DNA from: an uncultured Gammaproteobacteria bacterium
GTDB taxonomy: Bacteria; Pseudomonadota; Gammaproteobacteria; Pseudomonadales; Azotimanducaceae
Assembly (NCBI GenBank): GCA_913044135.1
Contig: CAJWOK010000004.1
Coordinates: 1,135 to 65,134 of the forward strand
Length of the DNA: 64,000 nucleotides
Direction: 5' to 3'
Shown: positions 27,310-40,042 of the stretch, piece after piece
Layout: each line of letters opens with the position of its first letter
Numbering within the stretch: the first letter of the stretch is position 1
The notes under the pieces: model-generated
What the model was told of the DNA's origin: nothing
The model's database searches: none
Seen by the model: only the letters and a program-made list of their open reading frames with translations
Made by a program: the position numbers and the translations under genes

Positions 27310-27708
27310 ATGATTATGAAGTTTGTACTTTTAGCAGTTTTTATGTGTTTCGGTGTTAGCGCATTGGCCGATGACCACATGCGCGATGTCAAAACCGCCA
27401 ATCCGTTCATCGAAATGCATCCCGAAGCCGTTCAAGGCGCAGCAGACGCATATTACAAAGCGGTAGAAGAAAAGGTTTTCAATGGCGCGATTCCACTGAA
27501 ATATGCACAATTAGTCGCCCTTTCGGCTTCAGTTGCTATGAAATGTGAGTATTGCATCCCTGCACATACTAATTTTGCTAAAGCGGCGGGAGCTACCGAT
27601 GAAGAAATAAAGACTGCCGTCGCGATTGCAGCGGACGTCGCACTCAACAGCTCTATGTTGTACGGCACGCAGTTCGATATGGAAGAATTTTTGAAGATGT
27701 TTGAGTAA
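27310..27708 (+). CDS. Exported carboxymuconolactone decarboxylase/AhpD-like family protein
   Basis: Signal peptide MKFVLLAVFMCFGVSALA; AIPLKYAQLVALSASVAMKCEYCIPAH...AGATDEEIKTAV contains the CxxCxxxH AhpD core. Confidence 0.85.
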   Translation: MIMKFVLLAVFMCFGVSALADDHMRDVKTANPFIEMHPEAVQGAADAYYKAVEEKVFNGAIPLKYAQLVALSASVAMKCEYCIPAHTNFAKAAGATDEEIKTAVAIAADVALNSSMLYGTQFDMEEFLKMFE

Positions 27709-27716
27709 CTGACAAG

Positions 27717-27739
27717 GAGGGCGTCCTAAGGGCGCCCTC
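27717..27739. terminator. GC-rich hairpin after the CMD gene (terminator-like, no clear U-tract)
   Basis: GAGGGCGTCC-TAA-GGGCGCCCTC, a 10-bp stem 8 bp after the stop codon. Confidence 0.5.
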
Positions 27740-27812
27740 TGACTCAAATACATTAGTACCCTATTTGAGAGCTTTCAATTAGCGAAGTACCTAAAAGTCT
27801 TAAGTTGTCAGA

Positions 27813-28016
27813 TTAAACCTCGTCAATCACAACTCCAGAATCACCAATGTTTTGAAACAGTGTATTACTCTTATTAGTAACCTTCTTATTGGTAACCCTC
27901 TTATTCGTAACTCTCTGCAAGCATGCTTTTTGCTTCAAAATATTTGTCGGTTTTTCAAAACGAACCGGCGCGACCACTTCCACCATTCCAAAAACAAAAC
28001 CCAATACTAATAGCAC
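27813..28016 (-). CDS. Small hypothetical ORF (67 aa) or gene remnant
   Basis: Hydrophobic N-terminus followed by basic VTNK repeats; GTG start overlaps the upstream TAG. Confidence 0.25.
   Translation of the reverse strand: MLLVLGFVFGMVEVVAPVRFEKPTNILKQKACLQRVTNKRVTNKKVTNKSNTLFQNIGDSGVVIDEV
27869..27913. repeat. Three imperfect tandem 15-bp repeats
   Basis: tcttattagtaacct / tcttattggtaaccc / tcttattcgtaactc; encodes (R/K)VTNK three times in the minus-strand ORF. Confidence 0.85.
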
Positions 28017-28168
28017 TACTCTACAGTGGTAGAAATATTTTGGGTCGTGTGGTTCGTTAATAGATTTAGTAACTTGGTTCCCGGTTGGAGTTGTAGAAAT
28101 AGAGAAAACACTCCGAGAATGACCAATACTTTCTTGACGCTTACCTGCTTGGAAAATTGATTCATCAT
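28016..28168 (-). CDS. Small hypothetical ORF (50 aa) or gene remnant
   Basis: Manual translation MMNQFSKQVSVKKVLVILGVFSLFLQLQPGTKLLNLLTNHTTQNISTTVE, starting 18 bp after the glmS stop. Confidence 0.25.
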   Translation of the reverse strand: MMNQFSKQVSVKKVLVILGVFSLFLQLQPGTKLLNLLTNHTTQNISTTVE

Positions 28169-28186
28169 TAACCCCACTACCTAAAA

Positions 28187-30019
28187 TTATTCCACCGTGA
28201 CGGATTTAGCGAGATTTCGGGGCTGATCGACATCTGTACCTTTTAAGACTGCAACGTGATACGCAAGGAGCTGCAGTGGCACCACATAAGCAATTGGGGC
28301 GATCAAGGGATCAACATCGGGTAACGATATAACCTGTGCTTCACTATCTGACGGCATCGCAACCTTTTCAGACGCAAATATAAACAGTTTCCCGCCTCTG
28401 GCAGAGACCTCTTGCAGGTTAGACTGCAGTTTCTCTATCAGCTCGTCATTAGGTGCGACGGCAACCACCGGCATGTCTTCATCTACCAGTGCTAAAGGCC
28501 CGTGTTTGAGTTCACCTGCCGCATAACCTTCTGCGTGAATATAAGATATTTCTTTGAGCTTTAATGCACCTTCCAGCGCTATGGGATACATCGGTCCACG
28601 GCCCAAAAACAATGCGTGATCCTTTTCAATAAAATTCAGCGCGAGTTTTTGAATAGGGCCATCTAGGTCCAGCATACGCTCGATTGCAGCCGGTAACTTT
28701 CGCAATGATTCAACAATAAAGACTTCGCTGTCACTGCTATCCGATAGATTTCGCGCAAGCAGTGCGGTCAACCAGAGCAGGTCCGTTAGTTGCGCGGTGA
28801 ACGCCTTAGTCGATGCAACCCCGATCTCGCTTCCGGCATTGATCAACAAAGCGATATCGCTTTCTCGCACCATGGATGATGTGGCGACGTTACAAATCGT
28901 TAAGGTTGCTCGATAGCCCAATTTCTTTGCGACCCGCAAAGCAGCCAGCGTATCCGCTGTTTCGCCAGACTGAGACAGCGTAACGAACAGAGAGTCCGGC
29001 AGTACCGTACTATCACGATAGCGAAACTCGCTCGCTATCTCGACGCTACAAGGTAATTTCGCGACAGATTCGAACCAATAACGTGCAACACTGGCGGCAT
29101 AAAAACTAGTGCCACAGGCAACAATCGTTACCGCTTTGACTTTATTTAAGACTTCTTCTGAGTTGTGGCCAAGCGCTTGAGCCATGACTGCGTTGGCGCT
29201 GATACGACCCTCTAGCGTGTCTTTAATGACCCGAGGTTGCTCAAATATTTCCTTCTGCATGAAATGCCGATAATTGCCCTTCGACCAATCGTCGCGCTCG
29301 AACTCGACCTTCACATCAGCTCTGACTACGGTCTCCGCCTCGACATTCCATACCGAAATATTATCCCGCTGAATTTCAACCACATCACCTTCTTCCAAGA
29401 AAATGAAACGATCCGTTACTGCCCGTAACGCCAGTACATCTGACGCAAGATAGTTTTCGCCAATACCCTTACCGACAACCAGTGGGCAACCTAAACGGGC
29501 CGCGACAATGCGATCCGGATGCGCCGGACTCATCACCGCCAAAGCATAGGCACCAGTCAATCGCTTAATGGTGTTGCGAACGGCATCTAGCAAGGATTGG
29601 CTTTGCTGGAGATACGATGCGATGAGGTGAGCAATCACCTCTGTGTCCGTGTCGCTCGAAAACTCGAAGCCAAGTTCAGTGAGCTCTGTGCGCAGAGCCT
29701 GGTAATTCTCAATAATGCCATTATGTACTAAGCACACGTCGGTACCGGATACATGCGGATGGGCATTGGATTCTGTGACGCCACCGTGAGTGGCCCAACG
29801 GGTGTGTGCGATTCCCTGGTAACCACGGATCGAATCCGCCAGCAGTGCTTCTTCCAGTCTCGCTACTTTGCCTACCGCTCGACAGCGCTTAAATTCGCCT
29901 GAAGAATCCTGCACCGCAACACCGGCGGAGTCATAGCCTCGATATTCTAAGCGTTTGAGGCCTTCGATCAGAATTGGTGTTACTTCTCTATCAGCAACCG
30001 CGCCAACGATTCCGCACAT
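28187..30019 (-). CDS. glmS: Glutamine-fructose-6-phosphate transaminase
   Basis: MCGIVG, LEYRGYDSAG, GIAHTRWATHG, C-terminal DVDQPRNLAKSVTVE. Confidence 0.99.
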   Translation of the reverse strand: MCGIVGAVADREVTPILIEGLKRLEYRGYDSAGVAVQDSSGEFKRCRAVGKVARLEEALLADSIRGYQGIAHTRWATHGGVTESNAHPHVSGTDVCLVHNGIIENYQALRTELTELGFEFSSDTDTEVIAHLIASYLQQSQSLLDAVRNTIKRLTGAYALAVMSPAHPDRIVAARLGCPLVVGKGIGENYLASDVLALRAVTDRFIFLEEGDVVEIQRDNISVWNVEAETVVRADVKVEFERDDWSKGNYRHFMQKEIFEQPRVIKDTLEGRISANAVMAQALGHNSEEVLNKVKAVTIVACGTSFYAASVARYWFESVAKLPCSVEIASEFRYRDSTVLPDSLFVTLSQSGETADTLAALRVAKKLGYRATLTICNVATSSMVRESDIALLINAGSEIGVASTKAFTAQLTDLLWLTALLARNLSDSSDSEVFIVESLRKLPAAIERMLDLDGPIQKLALNFIEKDHALFLGRGPMYPIALEGALKLKEISYIHAEGYAAGELKHGPLALVDEDMPVVAVAPNDELIEKLQSNLQEVSARGGKLFIFASEKVAMPSDSEAQVISLPDVDPLIAPIAYVVPLQLLAYHVAVLKGTDVDQPRNLAKSVTVE

Positions 30020-30087
30020 GGTGGGTAGTCCTTCTGCTTATTCTAATATGTTGCGCAAGCGGTCGCGCAGGCACTCACCTGCTTTAG

Positions 30088-31458
30088 TTAAGAATTGCGT
30101 TTGGTCGGCGGCGTCCAACCAATTATATTGCGTTGGCGCGCCCGGCCAACAGCCAGCTGCTCGTTTGGTATGCCTGTCGTTACCGTGGATCCCGCCGCTA
30201 CAAAAGCGCCGTCGCCAATTTCCAACGGCGCAACGAGCGTGCTGTTTGTACCAACGAAAGCCGCGTCTCCAATGGTCGTGCGGTGCTTGTTAATACCGTC
30301 ATAATTGCACGTCACCGTGCCCGCACCGATATTGGTTTCTGCGCCAATCTCCGCATCACCCAGGTACGCCAAATGACTGGCCTTGCTATTGCTGCCAAGT
30401 CGAGCTTTTTTGGTTTCAACGAAGTTCCCCACCTTTACGCCGTCTGCAAATTCGCTACCTGGGCGTATCCGTGCAAAGGGTCCAAGGTTCGCACCAGCCC
30501 CAACTATAGCGCCGTCGACCACCGTATGAGAATGAACCACCACGCCATCTGCGAGCACCGAATCTTTAATTGTGGCATAGGAGCCGATCTGAACACCGGC
30601 GCCCAAAGTGACGTCTCCCTCAAAAATGACCCCCACATCGATAAAAACATCTTCGGATGCATCCACTTTGCCGCGTATATCTAACCTGGAAGGGTCAGCA
30701 ATTGTGACGCCAGCCTGCATTAATTGCTCAGCTTGCTGACGCTGGAAGACGCGCTCAAGAGCGGCTAATTGAGATCGGTCGTTGACCCCCGCAACTTCGT
30801 CAACGCTATCTGCGGATATGGCGCGCACTGAAGTGCCCTCGGCAACGGCCATGGCAATGAGGTCGGTAAGTAAATACTCGCCTTGCTGGTTATCAGTCGT
30901 CAATGCTTGTAACCAGGTTCCTGCGCGGGACTGCGGGATGGCCATAATGCCGGAGTTTATTTCTTGAATTTCTTTTTGCTGCTCGGTGGCGTCGCGATGT
31001 TCGACGATTTGAGTAACCGCACCCGACCCATCGCGAATGATGCGGCCAAGCTCGGCAGGGTCTTCTAAATGCGCTGTAACCAAAGCCAGGTGTCCAGCTT
31101 CGGCTGCGCTTACACACGTAACGAGAGTCTTAGGGTTGACCAGAGGGACGTCTCCATAAAGCACCAAAGTCACACCATCTTGTGGTAGCTCTGCCTGGCC
31201 CAGTTTGACGGCGTGACCGGTACCCAGTTGCTCCGCTTGGGTAACCCACTTAACACGACTTTGATCGCTGAGTGCGCCTTGCACCTCAGCTTGCTGGTGC
31301 CCAACAATAACGACACAGTGACGCGGCTGCACATGTTGTGCTGCTTCAAGTACGTGGTTAAGCATTGCCTTGCCACCAAGTTCGTGTAGCACTTTCGCTC
31401 GCTTAGAGCGCATGCGAGTGCCTTTGCCGGCGGCCAGTATGATGACGTCTGTAGACAC
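30088..31458 (-). CDS. glmU: Bifunctional UDP-GlcNAc pyrophosphorylase/acetyltransferase
   Basis: ILAAGKGTRMRS, QLGTGHAV, hexapeptide repeats, GAGTVTCNYDG. Confidence 0.99.
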   Translation of the reverse strand: MSTDVIILAAGKGTRMRSKRAKVLHELGGKAMLNHVLEAAQHVQPRHCVVIVGHQQAEVQGALSDQSRVKWVTQAEQLGTGHAVKLGQAELPQDGVTLVLYGDVPLVNPKTLVTCVSAAEAGHLALVTAHLEDPAELGRIIRDGSGAVTQIVEHRDATEQQKEIQEINSGIMAIPQSRAGTWLQALTTDNQQGEYLLTDLIAMAVAEGTSVRAISADSVDEVAGVNDRSQLAALERVFQRQQAEQLMQAGVTIADPSRLDIRGKVDASEDVFIDVGVIFEGDVTLGAGVQIGSYATIKDSVLADGVVVHSHTVVDGAIVGAGANLGPFARIRPGSEFADGVKVGNFVETKKARLGSNSKASHLAYLGDAEIGAETNIGAGTVTCNYDGINKHRTTIGDAAFVGTNSTLVAPLEIGDGAFVAAGSTVTTGIPNEQLAVGRARQRNIIGWTPPTKRNS

Positions 31459-31544
31459 GATTCCTCCATTGGTCAGCGCACTATTAACGGCTGCCTTCGG
31501 TTTCTAACTCGCGCCCCGCGGTGTTCTGACGTAGCTAAAACGTT

Positions 31545-31964
31545 CTAACTCTTTCGGCGACGCAACTCTTGTAACGTGCGTTGCTGGGCGACGGCTTCTG
31601 CCAGCTGGGTAGCAAGCACCGAATAATCAAACTCAGCAGTTTGATCCCGCATTGCCGCAGCAGCCGCATCGCGCGCCTGTTGAGCCTGGGCTTCGTCAAG
31701 GTCTTCGGCACGGGCTGCACTGTCAGCGAGCACTGTGACCATACCTGGTTGGACTTCTATGTACCCACCTGAGGCATAAAAGACTTCTTCGCTGTCGTCG
31801 TCCATGTGCAACGTAATAACACCGGGTTGAATACCCGTGAGCAGCGGAGCGTGGCCAGGCGTCACGCCCAAATCGCCGAGGCTACCGCGAGCCGTCAACT
31901 GCTTAACGATACCGGAAAACAACGCTTTTTCCGCGCTAACGATTTCACATAGCATTGTAGACAT
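31545..31964 (-). CDS. atpC: ATP synthase F1 epsilon
   Basis: CEIVSAEKALFSG...GDLGVTPGHAPLLT...GGYIEVQP..VTVLADSA. Confidence 0.98.
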   Translation of the reverse strand: MSTMLCEIVSAEKALFSGIVKQLTARGSLGDLGVTPGHAPLLTGIQPGVITLHMDDDSEEVFYASGGYIEVQPGMVTVLADSAARAEDLDEAQAQQARDAAAAAMRDQTAEFDYSVLATQLAEAVAQQRTLQELRRRKS

Positions 31965-32020
31965 GGACGTTATCTCCTTCCGTCATCAGCACTGCACATC
32001 GGCAAATACAAGCTCACCAA

Positions 32021-33461
<1,441 letters not shown>

Positions 33462-33478
33462 TGTTTCGACACGGTGTC

Positions 33479-34339
33479 TTAGACGGCTGCAGCGCCGCCG
33501 ACTATCTCTGCAATTTCCTGGGTAATCGCTGCCTGACGAGCGTTGTTATAGATCAGCTGTAATTCGTCTATCAGCTTTTCTGCATTTTCGGTGGCGTTCT
33601 TCATTGCCACCATTTTCGCGGCCTGTTCGCATGCGCCGTTCTCGATCACCGCCTGATAGACCTGCGACTCGATAAAGCGAGCAATCAATCCTTCGATCAG
33701 TTCTTCGGCATCCGGTTCGTAAAGATAGTCCCAACGATGTTGATAAGCCTTATCTTCAGCCGGAGCCAGCGGCAACACCTGACGCACCACCGGTGTTTGC
33801 GTCATCGTGTTTTCAAATTCGTTGCTCGCCAAAAACAAGCGATCAACCTCTTCATTTTCGTAAGCATCCAGCATGACTCGCACACCGCCAACAAGGTCGG
33901 CGACCGTAGGGTTCTCACCGACGTCATTCATGACAGCCTGTATATCAGCGCCAACGGAGCGAAAAAACGGAGCCGACTTATTACCGATCAATCCCAGCTT
34001 CACGGCCACGCCCTGATTTTCCCATGCGGCGAGTTCACGAACTACTTTGCGGAACAAATTGACGTTGAGACCACCGCACAAACCCCGGTCCGTGCCAACA
34101 ATGATATATCCAACGCTTTTGATCGGGCGTTCATTCATGTACGCGTGACTGTACTCTGAATTAGCGTTCGCCAAATGGCTAATTACGCCGCGAGTCTTTT
34201 CGCTATAAGCCTTACCACGTTGCATGCGATCTTGGGTACGGCGCATTTTACTGGCCGCAACCATTTGCATCGCGCTGGTGATCTTCTGCGTGTTCTGCAC
34301 GCTGCCGATCTTTTTCTTTATTTCCTTACCGACGGCCAT
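33479..34339 (-). CDS. atpG: ATP synthase F1 gamma
   Basis: [42 protein letters not shown]. Confidence 0.99.
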   Translation of the reverse strand: MAVGKEIKKKIGSVQNTQKITSAMQMVAASKMRRTQDRMQRGKAYSEKTRGVISHLANANSEYSHAYMNERPIKSVGYIIVGTDRGLCGGLNVNLFRKVVRELAAWENQGVAVKLGLIGNKSAPFFRSVGADIQAVMNDVGENPTVADLVGGVRVMLDAYENEEVDRLFLASNEFENTMTQTPVVRQVLPLAPAEDKAYQHRWDYLYEPDAEELIEGLIARFIESQVYQAVIENGACEQAAKMVAMKNATENAEKLIDELQLIYNNARQAAITQEIAEIVGGAAAV

Positions 34340-34356
34340 CGCCCTGTGCTCCCGGT

Positions 34357-35901
34357 TTAGTAGGTTTGGGTGGCTTTAAACGTCTCGATTGCCGACTTGA
34401 GCTGGGCAACCACGTCATCGCCATAGCGACCGCTGTCGTTAATATCGTCCATAAACGCGCCGTGCTCTGCTTTCATGTAGCTAAGTAAGGCTTGCTCAAA
34501 AGCAGCCACTTTTTCCACCGGGACATCTTCGAGATAGCCTTCATTCGCGGCAAACAATACGGTTCCCATATCAGCTACAGACATCGGCGCATACTGCTTT
34601 TGCTTCATCAATTCTGTGACGCGTTGGCCATGCTCCAGCTGACGTCGCGTGGCGTCGTCGAGATCTGAAGCAAACTGAGAAAACGCAGCCAGCTCACGAT
34701 ACTGTGCCAACGCCAACTTAATGCCACCGGAAATCTTTTTCATGAATGGACGCTGTGCGGAGCCGCCTACACGAGACACCGATATGCCCGGGCTCATAGC
34801 GGGACGCAATCCGGAATTGAAGTTGTCCGTTTCCAAAAAGATCTGCCCGTCAGTGATAGAGATCACGTTAGTCGGTACAAACGCGGACACGTCCCCTGCC
34901 TGGGTTTCAATAATCGGCAGCGCGGTTAACGAACCCGTTTGGCCTTTAACAGCACCATTGGTGTGCTGTTCTACATAATCGGCATTGACCCGCGCCGCTC
35001 GCTCTAGCAAACGAGAATGTAAGTAGAAAACATCCCCAGGATACGCTTCACGACCCGGCGGGCGGCGCAGCAAAAGGGATATCTGGCGATAGGCCCAAGC
35101 CTGTTTGGTCAGATCATCGTAAATGATTAAAGCGTCTTCACCGTTGTCGCGGAAATATTCGCCCATCGCACAACCGGAATAGGCCGATATGAACTGCATC
35201 GGTGCAGGATCTGCAGCACCTGCAGCCACAACCGTCGTGTATTCCATTGCGCCGTATTCTTCAAGGGTGCGAACAATGTTAGCGATGGTCGACATTTTTT
35301 GACCAATCGCTACATAAATACACTTAATGCCACTGCGCTTCTGATTAATGATCGCGTCTAACGCAATCGCTGTTTTACCGATCTGTCGGTCGCCGATTAT
35401 CAGCTCTCTCTGACCACGACCAATCGGCACCATGGCATCGATACACTTGAGACCGATTTGCACGGGTTGGTCGACTGATTGACGCGCAATAACGCCAGGT
35501 GCAACTTTTTCGATAGGCGAGGTTTGAGTGGCTTCAATCGGGCCTTTACCGTCAATTGGGTTGCCCAGCGCGTCAACCACACGCCCCAACAGCTGTGGCC
35601 CGACGGGAACCTCCAAAATGCGCTTGGTGCATCGCGCGGTCATTCCTTCGGTAAGGCCTTCATAATCACCAAGGACAACCACCCCAACCGAATCCCGCTC
35701 CAGGTTCAACGCCATGCCATAAAGCCCGCCGTCGAATTCGATCATCTCACCATATTGTGCATCGGCCAGTCCGTGAATGCGGACGATGCCGTCTGATACG
35801 CTGACTATCGTACCTTCATTTTGCGCCTCAGCCTTAACGTCTAGGCCTTCGATACGACTCTTAATGATGTCGCTAATTTCAGACGGATTTAGTTGCTGCA
35901 T
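34357..35901 (-). CDS. atpA: ATP synthase F1 alpha
   Basis: [43 protein letters not shown]. Confidence 0.99.
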   Translation of the reverse strand: MQQLNPSEISDIIKSRIEGLDVKAEAQNEGTIVSVSDGIVRIHGLADAQYGEMIEFDGGLYGMALNLERDSVGVVVLGDYEGLTEGMTARCTKRILEVPVGPQLLGRVVDALGNPIDGKGPIEATQTSPIEKVAPGVIARQSVDQPVQIGLKCIDAMVPIGRGQRELIIGDRQIGKTAIALDAIINQKRSGIKCIYVAIGQKMSTIANIVRTLEEYGAMEYTTVVAAGAADPAPMQFISAYSGCAMGEYFRDNGEDALIIYDDLTKQAWAYRQISLLLRRPPGREAYPGDVFYLHSRLLERAARVNADYVEQHTNGAVKGQTGSLTALPIIETQAGDVSAFVPTNVISITDGQIFLETDNFNSGLRPAMSPGISVSRVGGSAQRPFMKKISGGIKLALAQYRELAAFSQFASDLDDATRRQLEHGQRVTELMKQKQYAPMSVADMGTVLFAANEGYLEDVPVEKVAAFEQALLSYMKAEHGAFMDDINDSGRYGDDVVAQLKSAIETFKATQTY

Positions 35902-35986
35902 GGTGCTTTCCTATTGATCCTTCGAATACTTTGTTTACGTTTCTATACTTCTCGATGTCGGTCTTTACGCTGCTCTGACTCGTTAT

Positions 35987-36526
35987 CTAAACCGCTATTA
36001 GCTTATCGACGAGTTTAGTTAAACGCCCTTTTAGGGAACCGTCTATTACCACATCACCCGCGCGGATGATTGCACCACCGACTAACGAACTATCGACCAC
36101 CGACTGCATGATGATTTCTTTATTAAGTCTCTTTTTTAAACTTGCTGTCAGTTTTTCAGATTGATCGTTGCTGAGCGGGAAAGCCGAGGTGATGGTGACA
36201 TCAACGCTCATCTCTTCGTCTGCCAACAACTGTTCAAATTGGGCGCGGATTTCGCCAAGCAGAGGTAAACGGTCATTTTCCGCGAGCGCCTGCAAAAACT
36301 TTTTCCCTTGATCGTTTAGCTCGCTGCCACAGAGCTCGGCAAGGCGGTAGGCTTTGGTTGCAGCAGGGAAGTCGGGGCTTTCCAGCAATGCATGGACTTG
36401 CCCGTGTGCGATTGCGAGGTTCAGCGTAGTCAGCATGTTCGACCACGTTTGCAGCTCATTATTCTGTTTTGCCAGATCAAAGGTCGCGCGAGCGTAGGGT
36501 CTGGCTAAAGTTGCAATTTCCGCCAT
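35987..36526 (-). CDS. atpH: ATP synthase F1 delta
   Basis: MAEIATLARPYARATF, GGAIIRAGDVVIDGSLKGRL. Confidence 0.98.
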   Translation of the reverse strand: MAEIATLARPYARATFDLAKQNNELQTWSNMLTTLNLAIAHGQVHALLESPDFPAATKAYRLAELCGSELNDQGKKFLQALAENDRLPLLGEIRAQFEQLLADEEMSVDVTITSAFPLSNDQSEKLTASLKKRLNKEIIMQSVVDSSLVGGAIIRAGDVVIDGSLKGRLTKLVDKLIAV

Positions 36527-36529
36527 GAC

Positions 36530-37000
36530 TTATAGCTCGGCCGCCAGCTTATCGAGCATTTCGCTGTGCTTTGACGCGTCAACGCTGTCTTGCAAAACGC
36601 GCTCGGCTCCGGTTATCACCAGCCCAGCAACCTGGCCACGGAGGTTTTCTTTCGCGCGATTCACTTCCTGGCCGATCTCGGCTCTAGCCGCCTCAAGCAA
36701 ACGCTCGCCTTCCGACTTAGCATCAGCTTTGGCTTCCTCAACCATTTGCGAAGCGCGCTGCCGCGCCGCATCCACGATTTTCGCCGCCTCTTCCCTCGCT
36801 TTTGCCAGCTCTACTTCGGCGTGATTTGCCGCGTCAGCCAACTTTGCATCTGCCTCTTCTGAAGCTTGCAGACCCGCAGCGATGGCTTCCTGACGCTCGC
36901 GCATCGCAGAGGTAACCAACGGCCATACAAATTTCCAGCAGCACCCAACGAAAAAGGCGAACGTTGCGGTTTGCCCCAAGAGGGTTAAGTTCATATTCAT
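36530..37000 (-). CDS. atpF: ATP synthase Fo subunit b
   Basis: [10 protein letters not shown]...FV..CWKFVWP...[10 protein letters not shown] coiled coil. Confidence 0.98.
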   Translation of the reverse strand: MNMNLTLLGQTATFAFFVGCCWKFVWPLVTSAMRERQEAIAAGLQASEEADAKLADAANHAEVELAKAREEAAKIVDAARQRASQMVEEAKADAKSEGERLLEAARAEIGQEVNRAKENLRGQVAGLVITGAERVLQDSVDASKHSEMLDKLAAEL

Positions 37001-37260
37001 AGTTTGTTCCTACTTCTGCACTGAGTTGGATTCGTTTGATCTAGCTCAACTATGTCGGGTCAGCATATCGCGTTCGCAAAGCCACGTTGTCGCGGGTTAG
37101 CTGTATCCGAAGTAGATTCGCCTCGGATTACCTATGGCAGTCCAATTAAAAGCGGTCCACCAAACATCTGTCCATTCAACATCTGGTTACTCTGCTGATT
37201 TATCTATCCCGCACGGGCAGCCCATGCAGCAGCAGCCATCTAGCCAGATACAACCAGGCG

Positions 37261-37503
<243 letters not shown>

Positions 37504-37557
37504 CTATTTGAGTTTTAAATTCGCGGCTATCGCCACATCAACGGTTAGTGCTGATTA

Positions 37558-38433
<876 letters not shown>

Positions 38434-38580
38434 TTACCGCTCTTTAATCTATCTGTAGCGCAACAGCTACCTTCGTATCACGCAACGATTACGTACCGGT
38501 TGCTTCAACGCGAAGCCTCGTGCTTTGCCTTCGCAGCTAATAGGATTCTCGGTCCTTTGACGCTCTTTGCTCAACGCTCT

Positions 38581-38934
38581 TTATTGTCGCGGTGCTACGC
38601 CTTTTAAAGCCAGCAAAAAACTCGTTTGGACGCACGCGAGCGTCACAAAAAAACCTGCCGGCTGGAGCTTAAATTTCATCGCGACACCGATCGCAACCAA
38701 TGTCATCACCGATCTTGAAACGTTAATCGCTATGACTTTGCCCGCGCCGAAAGTGTTGTGCATGCGCCAGAAACAAAAAGCGCTCGGCAAAAAGATCGCC
38801 ATCCATGCCGCAAACGCGGCCACGACCTGCAAGCTAAGCGGTGTTGCCTGACCTATCCCTTGCCATAAATCCCAGCCGAACCAGACACAACATAGTAAAG
38901 AGCCAATTTGCGATTGCCGCTTAAGAGCTAGCAC
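38581..38934 (-). CDS. atpI: ATP synthase protein I-like membrane protein
   Basis: Small hydrophobic ORF first in the atp operon with an FFVTL..VQ motif; assigned mainly by position. Confidence 0.6.
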   Translation of the reverse strand: MLALKRQSQIGSLLCCVWFGWDLWQGIGQATPLSLQVVAAFAAWMAIFLPSAFCFWRMHNTFGAGKVIAINVSRSVMTLVAIGVAMKFKLQPAGFFVTLACVQTSFLLALKGVAPRQ

Positions 38935-39035
38935 TTGCTTGTGGATTCAGCGGCAGCCGAAAAGCGGCGCTATTATAGGGACGGTGGCCGCACCATTCAA
39001 TTGCCATACCTTAAATAACCGCAATCTAATCCGCC

Positions 39036-39989
39036 TTATTCACTTATGTCGAAATGCTGCAGTATACCTTCGAGCTCTTCAACGGAGCCATATTTAACCG
39101 AGACTTCTCCAGCTCCGCTTGATTTGTGTTTTATTTTCACGAGAGCGCCTAGCCGGTCCATAAGCTGTCGCTCCAGAATTCGAATGTCAGCATCGGGTTC
39201 AACGACGGCCGGTTTACCGCCAGCCGCTGCCGCCAGTCGTTTCCTGACCAATGCTTCGGTATCGCGAACCGATAGGTGACGCTCAGCAACGAACTGTGCA
39301 ATTTGATCTTGTAGGCCTCCACTTAAGCCCAATAACGCTCGGCCATGGCCCATTTCAAGGGCCCCAGTCCGAAGCAATTCCTGAGCAACAAACCCTAAAC
39401 TCATTAATCGCAGGCTATTCGCAACCGATGCACGAGACTTACCAACCGCATCTGCCAGCTCTTGTTGGGTCAGGCCAAATTCATCGCGCAAACGCGCTAA
39501 CCCTGCAGATTCTTCCAGCGCACTCAGGTCCTCACGCTGGATGTTCTCGATGAGCGCCAATGCTGACGCTTCACGATCGCTAAAAGGCCGCACCAATGCC
39601 GCGATTTGTGTCAATCCCGCTCGTTGCGTAGCACGCCACCGGCGTTCTCCGGCTATCAGTTCGTAGCCACCGTCGGCGCGCTGCCGAACAACGATTGGCT
39701 GCAATAGCCCGCTCTGCCGGATGGATGCCGCTAACTCGTCTAATGCCGCTTCATCGAAGACTTGACGCGGCTGATATTGACTAGGTTGGATCGCCTCGAC
39801 CGCCAATGAGTATATCTGTTCGCCAACCGCCGCAGAGGGGGCTAGGACGGCTGAACTCCCTGAAGGTATGTTTTCTGCCGGTGACTGTGAGGCAGGTTGG
39901 TCCGGTATAGCCGCAGGTACTGCCTCCGGTAACGCATCGCGTTTGGATAACAGCGCGTCGAGTCCTTTTCCTAAGCGTTTTTTACTCAT
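39036..39989 (-). CDS. parB: Chromosome partitioning protein ParB
   Basis: KRLGKGLDALL, QPRQVF...LAASI...GLLQPIVVR...LIAGERRWRA, ALIENIQREDL. Confidence 0.98.
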   Translation of the reverse strand: MSKKRLGKGLDALLSKRDALPEAVPAAIPDQPASQSPAENIPSGSSAVLAPSAAVGEQIYSLAVEAIQPSQYQPRQVFDEAALDELAASIRQSGLLQPIVVRQRADGGYELIAGERRWRATQRAGLTQIAALVRPFSDREASALALIENIQREDLSALEESAGLARLRDEFGLTQQELADAVGKSRASVANSLRLMSLGFVAQELLRTGALEMGHGRALLGLSGGLQDQIAQFVAERHLSVRDTEALVRKRLAAAAGGKPAVVEPDADIRILERQLMDRLGALVKIKHKSSGAGEVSVKYGSVEELEGILQHFDISE

Positions 39990-40042
39990 GATTCAATTCT
40001 GACAGGACCGTTGGTTGAACAGCCTTAACAACATCCTTTGTT

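Noticed and set aside
27789-27807. AAAGTCTTAA resembling the core of a Tn7 right-end TnsB site
   Set aside because: Single partial match, no terminal TGT, no repeated sites, about 380 bp from the expected insertion point, and no tns genes.
27869-27913. 15-bp repeats considered as a mini-CRISPR
   Set aside because: Contiguous repeats with no spacers, too short, and no cas genes.
30020-30087. glmS ribozyme upstream of glmS
   Set aside because: Only 68 bp separate glmU and glmS, no core motif was recognised, and the ribozyme is mainly Gram-positive.
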